Shown: positions 32,353 to 41,883 of the stretch, piece by piece
Position numbering within the stretch: the stretch's first letter is position 1
Layout of the letters: every line of letters starts with the position of its first letter
Source of the DNA: a candidate division WOR-3 bacterium
GTDB lineage: Bacteria; Hydrothermota; Tepidihabitantia; Tepidihabitantales; JBDRVQ01
DNA: 64,000 nucleotides
Direction: 5' to 3'
Assembly: GCA_039801905.1 (NCBI GenBank)
Contig: JBDRVQ010000002.1
Location: 3,147 to 67,146 of the forward strand
Made by a program: the position numbers and the translations under genes
Notes under the pieces: generated by a model
What the model saw: only the letters and a program-made list of their open reading frames with translations
The model's database searches: none
What the model was told of the DNA's origin: nothing

Positions 32353-33903
32353 ATGAAGAGGCTAATCTTTTTATCTATTATCTTTGGTATCTCCTTTGCC
32401 CGGATAATTGTTGTTCCGGATTCCGCACCAACGATTCAGGGTGGCTTAAATCTTGCCTTATCTGGGGATACGGTCTTGGTCAAGCCCGGCCAATATCGGG
32501 AGAATATCACTTGGCCCAATCGGGATGGGATTAAACTCTATTCTCTATCCGGTCCGGATTCCACAATCATCAATGGTGGTGGCAACGGACGGGTAATCAA
32601 TATCCCTTCGGGAATTACCCGAGCAACGGAAATTCGTGGCTTCAAAATCATAGGGGGTAAAGCTAATTCCGGTGCCGGTATTTATGCCGGTGGTTCCCCA
32701 ACTATTATCAGAAATAAAATTTGTAATAATACCTGCGCTGGTGGCCGAGATTATGGCGGTGGTATTTTTTGCTATTACGGCACTTCACCCTTAATCATCG
32801 GTAACGAAATTACCGATAATACCTGCTCGGATACCGCAACCTGGAATTATGGGGGCGGCATTTATGTTGATATGAACTCCACCGCGGAGATTTGCTATAA
32901 CCTAATCGCCCGCAATACCTGCTCTCAGGGTTATTGGAACTACGGGGCAGGGATTTATGTTGACTTACGAGCCTCTCCCCTAATCTATCAGAATGTGATT
33001 AAAGAGAATATTAACACCCTTGGTGACCGAGGACACGGGGCTGGGATTTATGTTAGTTATCAGGCTAATGCTCTCATCTTCTCTAATCTTATTATTGATA
33101 ACCGAAACACCTCTGGGTCTTGGAATTACGGTGGTGGAATTAAAGTTGATGGTAGGGCGAAAATTATTAATAATACAATAGCGGGAAATATCTGTTCGGG
33201 TGGCTATTGGGCTTATGGCGCCGGTATTTATATTGAAAGCGACACTTCCATCATCAAAAATAATATCATCGTTCAGAATAGTTCTACTCTTGGTTCCGGT
33301 ATTTACAATAATGGCATAGTAATCAATCGCTATAATGACATCTGGAATAATATTGGTGGCAATTACTATGGCTGTTCTCCGGGACCGGGTGAAATTTCTT
33401 TAGACCCAATCTTTGTTAGTGGTCCCTATGGACCCTATTATCTCAGTCAGACTGCTGCTGGTCAACCGGTAAATAGCCCTTGTGTTGATGCTGGTGATAC
33501 CTTATTGGGTACAACCCCATTAAATTTTGATTCGCTACTTCGCTCTTGGACGACCCGCACTGATTCCGTTCCGGACCTTTCGGTTTTAGATATGGGTTAT
33601 CACTATCCCCGAACTCAACCTTATGTCGGAATTTCTTCCATCTCCTCTAAAACTCCCATCCCTTTCCAAGTCTTCCCCAATCCTTTTCGCCATTTTGTAA
33701 AATTCTCACCGCTAATGAAACCGGCTCCGGCTCAAATTGAAATAACTGATATCTCGGGGAAAATTGTCTATCAATCAGCCTCCTTTAACTATCTCTGGAA
33801 AGGCGTTAATAATTTAGGTCGGCCGCTACCGGCGGGCATCTACTTCTACCAAATTAGGTATAAGAATCGTAACCATTCGGGACGGCTGATAAAGATTGAT
33901 TGA
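32353..33903 (+). CDS. Secreted right-handed beta-helix repeat protein with T9SS C-terminal domain (paralog of 22748-24271)
   Basis: N-terminal and C-terminal blocks align with the 22748 protein (..LSGDTVLVKPGQYRENITWPNRD.. and ..SLDPIFVSGPYGPYYLSQTAAGQPVNSPCVDAGDTLL..). C-terminal tail ..AGIYFYQIRYKNRNHSGRLIKID. Confidence 0.6.
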   Translation: MKRLIFLSIIFGISFARIIVVPDSAPTIQGGLNLALSGDTVLVKPGQYRENITWPNRDGIKLYSLSGPDSTIINGGGNGRVINIPSGITRATEIRGFKIIGGKANSGAGIYAGGSPTIIRNKICNNTCAGGRDYGGGIFCYYGTSPLIIGNEITDNTCSDTATWNYGGGIYVDMNSTAEICYNLIARNTCSQGYWNYGAGIYVDLRASPLIYQNVIKENINTLGDRGHGAGIYVSYQANALIFSNLIIDNRNTSGSWNYGGGIKVDGRAKIINNTIAGNICSGGYWAYGAGIYIESDTSIIKNNIIVQNSSTLGSGIYNNGIVINRYNDIWNNIGGNYYGCSPGPGEISLDPIFVSGPYGPYYLSQTAAGQPVNSPCVDAGDTLLGTTPLNFDSLLRSWTTRTDSVPDLSVLDMGYHYPRTQPYVGISSISSKTPIPFQVFPNPFRHFVKFSPLMKPAPAQIEITDISGKIVYQSASFNYLWKGVNNLGRPLPAGIYFYQIRYKNRNHSGRLIKID

Positions 33904-33933
33904 CAAGGAATTTTTCCAGAATAAAATACAGGT

Positions 33934-34845
33934 ATGGAAAAGCAATTGTTAGAGATTGAAGGATTTAAGGTTGGGGAACCTCTATTCTTAAAGAACTTAA
34001 TTCTCTTCCCTCTCACTAATGGGAATAAAGACTTCGGAAGGGTAGAAATTCTTTCGGAGGCAAAAGAAAAGAAGCATATTGAAGTCCGGGAATTGGCTTC
34101 TCCCAAGATTGATACCGTAATTATTAAAAATAAATCTCCCCACCGGGTTTTCGCCTTAGACGGCGAAGGAATTATTGGTGCCCTTCAAGACCGGGTGATA
34201 AATACCTCCGCCTTAATTGCGGAAAAGAGCGAAATAGAAATTCCGGTCAGTTGTGTGGAAGAGGGGCGTTGGAGTGGCAGTCACGAGTTCCTGAGGGCGC
34301 GAACAATTTCTTATCCTTCTTTACGGGCAATTATCTGTTCTACGGTCTCTTCTTCTCTCCATAAGACAAAAAAATTTGCAACCGACCAAAACCAGATTTG
34401 GAGTAGTATCAAAAAGAAAATAGAGAGTTTTAAGATTACTTCCCGTACCTCTTCTCTTAGGGACATCTATTCTTCTTTCCGAAGACATTTAGAAAGTTAT
34501 CAAGAAGAAGTTGCATTTCTTAAAGACTTAAATGGCCTCTTGGTCTTTGCTGGCGGCAGACTTCTCTGTCTTGATCTATTTGCGAATAAGAAATTATTTA
34601 ACAAATTGAAAGACCAACTCATTACCAGTTACGCCCTTGATGCCTTAGAGATAAAAACCTCTGCTCCTCCCCGGGTCGGTGAGGCAAAAAGATTATTCCG
34701 AGAGATAAAAGAAGCAAAGGTTAAAACTTTCCCTTCTTTTTCTTTGGGAGATGAGATAAGATTTGAGACAAAAGACCTCATCGGCCGGGGCTTAGTATTC
34801 AATAACTCTCTTTTCCATCTCTCCGCTTTCCCAAAGATTAATTGA
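33934..34845 (+). CDS. Conserved hypothetical protein (303 aa)
   Basis: Long ORF with a strong SD context and no motif I can assign. A distinctive IPVSCVEEGRWSG segment is present. Confidence 0.45.
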   Translation: MEKQLLEIEGFKVGEPLFLKNLILFPLTNGNKDFGRVEILSEAKEKKHIEVRELASPKIDTVIIKNKSPHRVFALDGEGIIGALQDRVINTSALIAEKSEIEIPVSCVEEGRWSGSHEFLRARTISYPSLRAIICSTVSSSLHKTKKFATDQNQIWSSIKKKIESFKITSRTSSLRDIYSSFRRHLESYQEEVAFLKDLNGLLVFAGGRLLCLDLFANKKLFNKLKDQLITSYALDALEIKTSAPPRVGEAKRLFREIKEAKVKTFPSFSLGDEIRFETKDLIGRGLVFNNSLFHLSAFPKIN

Positions 34846-35060
34846 CGTCTTTCATCAAAATAAAACCTTACCATTATTGAGATGGAAATTTTATCGATAA
34901 TGGGAATATTTTTCGTATTTATTCTTCATACCTCTTATATACCTCACCGCCAATCCGTTCTTTCTTTACCAATTTCATTGTAGGAAAGGAAGTAATTATG
35001 CAAAGTAGAAATAGCCCTTAAAAAGCAATCTAATATTTCATATTATATTCCTCTCCGGTA

Positions 35061-35378
35061 TCATTCGGTCCAACCGGTATTGATCTCTATTTCCATTAGT
35101 GTATAACAAAAAGTCCCTCTTGAAGAAAGCCTGCCGTGATGCAACAAATCAATCTCCGTATAGCCAATCGGGCTTTCTTTTGCTTTGTAAAATAACTCTC
35201 CACCGGGATTTGCTTTTTGATCGGGATGTGGCTTATATCGCCATTTTAACCTTGTATACTTTTTGAGGATATTTATGATTATAAAGATTCCCTCCGGTAG
35301 TTTTAGTATGGGGGAGTCTATATCTTTTTCCGCCTGAGTCGGTAAGATTACTTTTGATGAAAACCGCTCTCTTGCCAA
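35061..35378 (-). CDS. Questionable small ORF (105 aa) in an AT-rich 577-bp intergenic region; possibly a gene remnant
   Basis: ORF only; no motif or RBS evidence. Confidence 0.2.
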   Translation of the reverse strand: MARERFSSKVILPTQAEKDIDSPILKLPEGIFIIINILKKYTRLKWRYKPHPDQKANPGGELFYKAKESPIGYTEIDLLHHGRLSSRGTFCYTLMEIEINTGWTE

Positions 35379-35422
35379 GAGAAAAAAAATTATTATAATA
35401 AAAAGTTAAAACGGGAGGAAAA

Positions 35423-36274
35423 ATGGATATTCAAAGAGTAGGTGTCATTGGCGCCGGTACGATGGGTGCCGGAATTGCTCAGGTATTTTCTTTTTACGGC
35501 TATAAGGTCATCCTCATTGACCTTGACCAAAAATTCCTGACCCGGGCTCTCAATACGATTGAGGGTGGATTAAAGCGAATGCTGGAGAAGGGAAAGATTT
35601 CGGAAGCCAAATTAAAGGAGACGATGGCAAATATCACCTCGACTACCGATGATACTCAACTAAAAGATTGTTCGATTGTCGTGGAAGCGGTAGTGGAAGA
35701 TGTGGGCGTGAAGAAGGAGGTTTTCAAAAGATTAGACTCCATCCTCCCTCCTTCCTCTCTCATCACCTCTAACACCTCCACAATTTCCATCACTACCTTG
35801 GCCGCTGCCACTTCCCGGCCGGAGAAGGTCTGCGGAATGCACTTTATGAACCCCGTGCCGGTAATGCAATTAGTAGAAGTGATTAAAGGTTTACAAACCG
35901 CGGAGGAGACAATCCAAATCGTGGTTAATTTGGCAAAGAAGTTGGAGAAGACCCCGGTCGTAGTTAACGACTCCCCCGGCTTCGTCTCCAACCGCATTCT
36001 CCTTCCGATGATCAACGAAGCCATCTATTGCCTCTATGAAGGAGTGGCAACCAAGGAAGCGATTGACACGGTGATGAAATTGGGAATGAATCACCCCATG
36101 GGACCGCTCCAACTGGCTGATTTAATTGGTCTTGACATCTGTCTGGCAATCCTTAATGTTCTATATCAAGACCTGGGAGACCCGAAATATCGTCCTTGTC
36201 CCCTCTTGAAGAAAATGGTTGCCGCTGGTTATTTGGGTCGGAAGACAAAAAAGGGATTTTATGAGTACGGGTAA
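35423..36274 (+). CDS. hbd: 3-hydroxybutyryl-CoA dehydrogenase
   Basis: [16 protein letters not shown] Rossmann motif and HAD C-terminal domain. Confidence 0.9.
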   Translation: MDIQRVGVIGAGTMGAGIAQVFSFYGYKVILIDLDQKFLTRALNTIEGGLKRMLEKGKISEAKLKETMANITSTTDDTQLKDCSIVVEAVVEDVGVKKEVFKRLDSILPPSSLITSNTSTISITTLAAATSRPEKVCGMHFMNPVPVMQLVEVIKGLQTAEETIQIVVNLAKKLEKTPVVVNDSPGFVSNRILLPMINEAIYCLYEGVATKEAIDTVMKLGMNHPMGPLQLADLIGLDICLAILNVLYQDLGDPKYRPCPLLKKMVAAGYLGRKTKKGFYEYG

Positions 36275-36518
36275 AAGGTTTGCGTATAAGATACAAGTCT
36301 TAGAAGTCCACCTCAATCCGATTCTCACTTTAGCCCGCTGGAAGATCACGGATGAGAGCGGTAATGTCTATAAAGAGTTCCAAGAGATTATTAACTATCT
36401 TAATCGTTTGGGAGAAGAGGGATGGGAGTTGGTTGATTGTATATCGGGTTCAGACCAGCAGGGAACAATCACCAAAGTTTTGATGTTCTTCAAAAAGGAG
36501 AAGCAAGATGGTTTTTAA
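36261..36518 (+). CDS. DUF4177-family small protein
   Basis: [39 protein letters not shown] resembles the DUF4177 pattern. Starts 14 nt before the hbd stop. Confidence 0.45.
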   Translation: MSTGKRFAYKIQVLEVHLNPILTLARWKITDESGNVYKEFQEIINYLNRLGEEGWELVDCISGSDQQGTITKVLMFFKKEKQDGF

Positions 36519-36981
36519 TCCCATAGATTTATCCCTTCTCTTTTTAGTTTCCACCGCCGCCGGTATCCAATTCCTGCGGGGAAAAAATAATTTCTCACTC
36601 CTCTTCTTTGAAACCTTGGCGGTAATTGGAGCGGGCAAAATTGCCTATGATGCCGCAAAGTTACACTATCCTTTTGGCCTCTTCTTTTTCCCGACTCTCG
36701 TCATCTTTCTCATTCTGGCACGCCTCCTTTGGGGATTCTTCCCTTTCTCCTTAGGCACATTTGAAGTAATCTTTAGCTTCTTCTTCGGCATCGTTTGGGG
36801 TTGGGCATTCGGTTTCGGCATCGTCCGCTCGCTCTTTCCCCTCATCCAAAAAAACCCGACCCTGCTCCAAATGCTCGTCAAATCCTGGATGGCTTCGCAG
36901 ATTGTCTCTCTTGGTTTTATCCGAGAATTTCTCGCTCTCCTTGTCCAAGCGAAATATCACAACCTGCCCGCTAAATACTAA
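36508..36981 (+). CDS. Hypothetical polytopic membrane protein
   Basis: Four to five hydrophobic helices. Overlaps the DUF4177 stop. Confidence 0.4.
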   Translation: MVFNPIDLSLLFLVSTAAGIQFLRGKNNFSLLFFETLAVIGAGKIAYDAAKLHYPFGLFFFPTLVIFLILARLLWGFFPFSLGTFEVIFSFFFGIVWGWAFGFGIVRSLFPLIQKNPTLLQMLVKSWMASQIVSLGFIREFLALLVQAKYHNLPAKY

Positions 36982-37030
36982 ATTGTAAAATGCGCTCTTG
37001 ACAGAAAACCATATCCCTTTATAATAAGGG

Positions 37031-37645
37031 ATGAAAAGATATTTCTTTTTCTTATTCCTTTTCCTTTTTTGCTGTGCCCCCCTGCAAGTAGTTACTCCTC
37101 CAACCTTTGTCATCCGGCCCTTGGAAAGGGAGTTGCCAGTGAGTATCGCCAAATTTTTGGGCGAATTCCAAATTACCTTCTATTGGATCGTGAAGGAAGA
37201 GGATTATTCCGGAAGAAGAAACACGCCCCTTTATCTGACAAACGGAAAACTTTTGGGCTATTTCCCTCGGGAGTTTGTGCGCGACTTCAAAATTGAATCC
37301 TGTGGCAAACTGAAAGATGGAAGATTAATCAGTTGGCTAAAAAAACAACAGCGGGTAAAGATTGTTGATAAGTTATTAGGACACGGCCATTTTCTCGTTC
37401 CTCTAAAATCTTTAGCCTCCGACCCTCAAATCCTCCCGCTCGGCTTGCAAGTATTTATCCCTGCTGTCTGCCGGATGAAAATTGGGGAGGAGTTCCATTC
37501 GGGTATTTTTTATACCCACGACATTGGGTCAAAAATTATTGGTAAAAAGATAGACATCTTTCTCGGTGAGAAAGAGAATATTAAATATTTTTCCGCCGCC
37601 AACATCAAAAGTGGGCAAAAGGTTGAACTTTACCTCTTGGAGTAA
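37031..37645 (+). CDS. Lipoprotein with 3D (MltA-like) domain
   Basis: Signal/lipobox-like N-terminus. The C-terminal HDIGSKIIGKKIDIFLG fits the 3D-domain DxGxxIxGxxIDxF pattern. Confidence 0.45.
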   Translation: MKRYFFFLFLFLFCCAPLQVVTPPTFVIRPLERELPVSIAKFLGEFQITFYWIVKEEDYSGRRNTPLYLTNGKLLGYFPREFVRDFKIESCGKLKDGRLISWLKKQQRVKIVDKLLGHGHFLVPLKSLASDPQILPLGLQVFIPAVCRMKIGEEFHSGIFYTHDIGSKIIGKKIDIFLGEKENIKYFSAANIKSGQKVELYLLE

Positions 37646-37660
37646 GAGGAAAATTTATCA

Positions 37661-38485
37661 TTATTTACAATAGGTAGCCAAAAGATCATTGGGCACTTTC
37701 ATCTCCTGAAATAATTGGCGCTCTTTTTTTTTGTCCGCAACCAGAAGAATCTCTTCTAACTCTTTCTGCCACCATTTTCGGCTTAAATCATCTAAGGTAA
37801 GAAATTTAACATTCGGTTGCGCTTTCAAAATAGAGATCAGAGTTTGAAAATCCTTCACCGAATAATCGGTAAAATATCTTGCCTCCGGAACAATCCGATG
37901 GAAGAGAAGGATGGCAAAGCGATGTCTCTTTACGTATCGCAAAATCTCCTCAATCTCGGTTCCTTTCCGGACCTCCCGTGCCGGAAGGCGGTAGGGAGAA
38001 AAGAAATTTACTTCCCCCCAACCAACCGAACGGCCTAAGAGGTATCCGCTATAAAGAAGAGAGCGCAAGACGTCCTGGTCATACCGACCATAAGGGTAAA
38101 TAAATATTTTTATCTCTTTTTGAAAAATTGATTCCAACTCCTTTTTAGAGTAAAAGACCTCTTCCCAAAGTGCCGCGGAGTCCAATTTTGTCAAATGGCG
38201 ATGAGTGCGGGAATGACTGGCAATCTCGCAACCCGAAGCGAGCATCTCTTTAATCTCCGGGATGGTTAAATAGGAGTAAGGAGAAAAATTGCGCCGGGAC
38301 CAAGAAAGGGTTTTGGTGATGAGCCCGATAGTGAAGGGAATTTTTTCTTGTTTCAAAATCGGGTAGGCGTATTTATAAACCGCATAATAACCGTCATCAA
38401 AATTTATCACCACATAATTGGTATCGGCAAAGAGAAAAAGAGAGAAGAGAAGAAAAGATGAAAATAAAAAGCGGAAAGAGGTCAA
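37661..38485 (-). CDS. Polysaccharide deacetylase (NodB-homology) family protein
   Basis: ..NFDDGYYAVYKYAYPILKQEKIPFT..EIASHSRTHRHL.. matches NodB motifs 1 and 2. Confidence 0.7.
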   Translation of the reverse strand: MTSFRFLFSSFLLFSLFLFADTNYVVINFDDGYYAVYKYAYPILKQEKIPFTIGLITKTLSWSRRNFSPYSYLTIPEIKEMLASGCEIASHSRTHRHLTKLDSAALWEEVFYSKKELESIFQKEIKIFIYPYGRYDQDVLRSLLYSGYLLGRSVGWGEVNFFSPYRLPAREVRKGTEIEEILRYVKRHRFAILLFHRIVPEARYFTDYSVKDFQTLISILKAQPNVKFLTLDDLSRKWWQKELEEILLVADKKKERQLFQEMKVPNDLLATYCK

Positions 38486-39300
38486 AAATCAAACCTCCCC
38501 TTTTTTAATTCCCAAAGGTAAGAACTAGGAATCCGAACTTTGCCAATTAATATCTCCCCTTTTCTACCACCGTGACAATCAGACCCACCCGTAACCAAAA
38601 GGTTCTCCTGCCTTGCTATTGCCAGAAGGGATTCTGTCTTAACGGAAGAGTGTTCGGGGTGCCAGACTTCAATCCCCATGACTCCGGATCTTATCGCCTC
38701 CGGAAGAATTTTCTCCCCGGGATAGGTTCCCGGATGTGCCAGAATCGGTATCCCTTTGTATTTCTTGATTAAAGCAACCCCTTCGTGCAAACTAACTTCC
38801 ATCTTGGGCACATAAGCCGGGCAGTGGTAGCCAATAAATTTCATAAAGGCTTCATTAAGATCACTCACGTAGCCATCCTCCATTAGAACCTGTGCGATAT
38901 GGGGTCTCCCAACGCTGCCCCCTCCGGCTACCGCCAAAACCCTTTCCATCTCTATCTTTATTCCTTGACTGGACAATTTCCCAATTATCTTCTTTGCTCT
39001 TTCCAACCGCTGCCTTTGTGCCCTCTCTAAAAAATCAAGGAGTTCCGAATTACGATAATCAATGAAATATCCGAGGATATGGATGTCAATATTATCAAAA
39101 AGACAACTTAACTCAAGGCAGGGCACTACTTCTATCCCCAAAACTTCTCCCGCCTTCTTTGCTGGTTCAATCCCGCCGACCGCATCGTGGTCGGCAATGG
39201 CGATGGCAGAAAGATTTAATTCCTTTGCCTTCTTCACCACCTCCTCGGGGGTTAAAAGACCATCGGAATAGGTGGTGTGGATGTGTAAATCACAACCCAT
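38482..39300 (-). CDS. PHP-family metal-dependent phosphoesterase
   Basis: MGCDLHIHTTYSDGLLTPEEVVKKAKELNLSAIAIADHD. A longer start at 39327 is possible. Confidence 0.75.
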   Translation of the reverse strand: MGCDLHIHTTYSDGLLTPEEVVKKAKELNLSAIAIADHDAVGGIEPAKKAGEVLGIEVVPCLELSCLFDNIDIHILGYFIDYRNSELLDFLERAQRQRLERAKKIIGKLSSQGIKIEMERVLAVAGGGSVGRPHIAQVLMEDGYVSDLNEAFMKFIGYHCPAYVPKMEVSLHEGVALIKKYKGIPILAHPGTYPGEKILPEAIRSGVMGIEVWHPEHSSVKTESLLAIARQENLLVTGGSDCHGGRKGEILIGKVRIPSSYLWELKKGRFDF

Positions 39301-39301
39301 T

Positions 39302-40810
39302 CTATCCCAAGAGCCGCTGCAAAACAATCTCTTCTGTCTTCTTTTGGAGAGCCTCCGCTTGGGAGAGAAGTCTCTTTGCCCCCCGCTCTTTCTCTTCCCG
39401 ATATTCTTTATCCTTTATACCTAAGAGGTTAATGAGAACATTAAGGTAGGCCCCTTTCGCCGCGGAGAGGAGAAAATTGGCGCCGCAGCCGGCATCGGTG
39501 ATAGAATTTTTATTACATTTTTCCGCATTTACCTTTGCCAACTCCAAACCGTTCACCGCCTTCTCCAAGACCTCATAGGGAACGACCACCGCTCCCTTTA
39601 AAGCCTCTTCTATTGCCCGCTCCCTCTCCTCTTTCTTTTCTTTAGGGATTTTATAAGCATCCATCACCCGATTGAATGCTTCACTATCAAGATCAATGAG
39701 GTGATAGAATCGGGAAGAGAGGACTTCCAATTGCGAACGGAGATCCTTCATATCCTCTTCCACATTTTCGTAGCCTTTTTTCCCAATTGTTAAACTGGCG
39801 GTCATTACCAAAAGGGATGTGCCGATACAACCCACCAACGCCGAAGCGGCACCACCTCCTGGGGTTGGCGTTGCCGAAGCGAGTTCTGCTAAAAAGGAAG
39901 CAAGGCTCTTCGTTTGGGGTAAGCGATTTTCTAAAATCTGGTCAAACTTAAAACTGTCAAGTTGTAAATAATAAACCGCCGAATCCAATAAGGCAGCAAT
40001 CGGACAGAGCCCAACAATCTCCGACTCTTTAATCGTTACCCCATACCTTTCCGCCTCCCTCTTTACCGTTTCAAATACCCGATAGAGAGGCGTTGCCTGG
40101 TAATTGGTCATATTGATGGAAACCTGGACGCAATTCTTCTCCTTAATCTCAAAACCGAGTGCTTTAACATAACGGAAGCCACCATCCTTAAAGCGAATCG
40201 CCTTAGCAATCTTTTTAGCAATTGTTAGGTCCGTAGTATTTAAGTTGATATTATAGGCAATCAAAGGGAAGCGTGCCCCAACGACTGTTGCTCCGGCGGT
40301 GGGATGAACTTCTGGTTTTCCAAAATCCGGTACCCGGGCCGGGTCTTTTTTTATCTCCTCCCGCAGGGTTTCAAACTCACCCTTTCGGATATTTGCCAAA
40401 TCAACCCTCTCCGGACGGGTAGCCGCCTGTTCGTAAAGATAGACCGGGATTTTTAACTCATCGGCAATCCTCTTACCCAATCTTCTTGCTAATTCCACAC
40501 ATTCTTCCATTGTCACCCCGGAGATTGGTACAAAGGGAATAACATCAGTTGCCCCAATCCGCGGATGTTCACCCTGATGCTTATTTAAGTCAATCAATTC
40601 CGAGGCGGTTTTGGTTAAACGGAATGCCGCTTCTAAACAAGCCTCCGGCTCGCCGATAAAAGTAATCACTGCTCGGTTATGGTCAGAATTCATCTCCGTA
40701 TCCAAAAGAAAAATATCCGGAACCGAAAGGACCGCGGAAACAATCTCATCAATAACTTCTTTTCTCCTTCCTTCACTAACATTCGGCACACATTCCACAA
40801 TTTTTCGCAT
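39302..40810 (-). CDS. Bifunctional glutamate formimidoyltransferase / formiminotetrahydrofolate cyclodeaminase; likely leaderless start at 40810
   Basis: MRKIVECVPNVSEGRR (FTCD N-terminal signature) and a C-terminal cyclodeaminase domain (GGGAASALVGCIG..). The track's longer start at 40825 would overlap the predicted -10 box. Confidence 0.8.
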   Translation of the reverse strand: MRKIVECVPNVSEGRRKEVIDEIVSAVLSVPDIFLLDTEMNSDHNRAVITFIGEPEACLEAAFRLTKTASELIDLNKHQGEHPRIGATDVIPFVPISGVTMEECVELARRLGKRIADELKIPVYLYEQAATRPERVDLANIRKGEFETLREEIKKDPARVPDFGKPEVHPTAGATVVGARFPLIAYNINLNTTDLTIAKKIAKAIRFKDGGFRYVKALGFEIKEKNCVQVSINMTNYQATPLYRVFETVKREAERYGVTIKESEIVGLCPIAALLDSAVYYLQLDSFKFDQILENRLPQTKSLASFLAELASATPTPGGGAASALVGCIGTSLLVMTASLTIGKKGYENVEEDMKDLRSQLEVLSSRFYHLIDLDSEAFNRVMDAYKIPKEKKEERERAIEEALKGAVVVPYEVLEKAVNGLELAKVNAEKCNKNSITDAGCGANFLLSAAKGAYLNVLINLLGIKDKEYREEKERGAKRLLSQAEALQKKTEEIVLQRLLG

Positions 40811-40813
40811 GGG

Positions 40814-40843
40814 TAAATATACCAAACTCTAATCCCCTGTCAA
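40814..40843 (-). promoter_or_regulatory. Candidate promoter TTGACA-18-TATTTA, 3 nt upstream of the FTCD ATG, directly abutting the end of repeat-array copy 3
   Basis: Minus read: ..gagaaaagTTGACAggggattagagtttggtaTATTTAcccATGcgaaaaattgtggaatgt. Confidence 0.4.
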
Positions 40844-40859
40844 CTTTTCTCTCGGGGAG

Positions 40860-41152
40860 AAAGCACTTCGCTTTGCTCCGAGATTTCACTCCCGATTAGA
40901 CTTTTAATTAGTCTTCCAATTAAACCTCTCATTAGGCTCCTCATTACATCCCGGCTTAGACTTCCCTTTATTTCCCCGATTACCCTTTGCTTTACTCCCA
41001 AGGTTAAACTTGGGATTAGGCAAAAGATTAGGCTATTTATTAGACTAATTATTATTCTATCAATTATTCTTCTAATTAGTCCTCAAATTAAACCCCCGAT
41101 ACCATCCCCTGTATGCTACACCCCTTTTTATAAAAATAAAACCCTCCTGTTT
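40860..41152 (-). repeat. Composite intergenic element, copy 3: core 41098-41152 plus ATTAG/ATTAA array 40860-41097
   Basis: The core is identical in orientation and sequence to copy 1. The array has repeats every ~12 bp. Confidence 0.85.
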
Positions 41153-41214
41153 TTTCCTCCTTTTTCTTTTTGGTTCATTGCCCTACCCGATAACCCTCCT
41201 ATTATAGTGCTAAC

Positions 41215-41330
41215 TTATTCATATTCATAGCCCTCTATAATAAATACGGAAATACCCCCCAATTTCTGACACCAAATCTTCCCCTTTTCTCTAACCCTTT
41301 GATTTTTAAGAACTTATTTTTGGGATTTCT
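41215..41330. repeat. Second conserved module, copy matching 8360-8470
   Basis: The 47-mer CATAGCCCTCTATAATAAATACGGAAATACCCCCCAATTTCTGACAC is shared between the two loci. Confidence 0.7.
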
Positions 41331-41348
41331 AAATAATAATGCTCATGT

Positions 41349-41795
41349 TTAGTAGGTTGCCTTGTAATCAATTTTGATATTAACCTCGGTCACCTTCCCT
41401 TTTTCCACCCGAACCGGAAAGATAAAACCATCCCCGTCAAAAAGATTGGCATAGAAAAGTCCCCTTTCCCGAACAAAGAGGGAGTATTCTCCAGGAGGAA
41501 GGGCTAAGAAGAAGTAGCCATTCTGATCGGTAATTACCGAATCAATAAGCGGAGAGTTGATTTTGGTATAAAAGGTACTCTTCCCTTCCTCTTTAAGGCA
41601 ATTTAAAAGATTGACCTTCTTAAACACAAGAACGGTCTTTGGTTCGTAATAGATTCTCCCTTGAGAAGGAGGCATAAAATCTCCCTCCCAAATCTCTACC
41701 CTCCCTTTTATCCCTTCCTTAATTTCTCTTTTCACCCCTTTTCCCGCACAGCCTCCGAGGAGTAGGAGAAAAATAAGAAATAGTAATCGCATCAA
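41349..41795 (-). CDS. Lipoprotein with carboxypeptidase-regulatory-like (CarboxypepD_reg) beta-sandwich domain
   Basis: LLLGGC lipobox; ..ITDQNGYFFLALPPGEYSLFV. Confidence 0.5.
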   Translation of the reverse strand: MMRLLFLIFLLLLGGCAGKGVKREIKEGIKGRVEIWEGDFMPPSQGRIYYEPKTVLVFKKVNLLNCLKEEGKSTFYTKINSPLIDSVITDQNGYFFLALPPGEYSLFVRERGLFYANLFDGDGFIFPVRVEKGKVTEVNIKIDYKATY

Positions 41796-41849
41796 TAAGG
41801 ATAAAGTAAAAAAAACCTTCCGTCAAGAGAAGGGGAATTTCTCTTCTCC

Positions 41850-41877
41850 TTGACAATCCTTTATCTTTAATTATGAT
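41850..41877 (+). promoter_or_regulatory. Candidate promoter TTGACA-16-TATGAT, 6 nt before the pepP ATG (leaderless-type)
   Basis: ccTTGACAatcctttatctttaatTATGATtagagaATG. Confidence 0.4.
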
Positions 41878-41883
41878 TAGAGA

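Noticed and set aside
35656-36112. Minus-strand ORFs of 122 and 73 aa
   Set aside because: They lie antisense within hbd.
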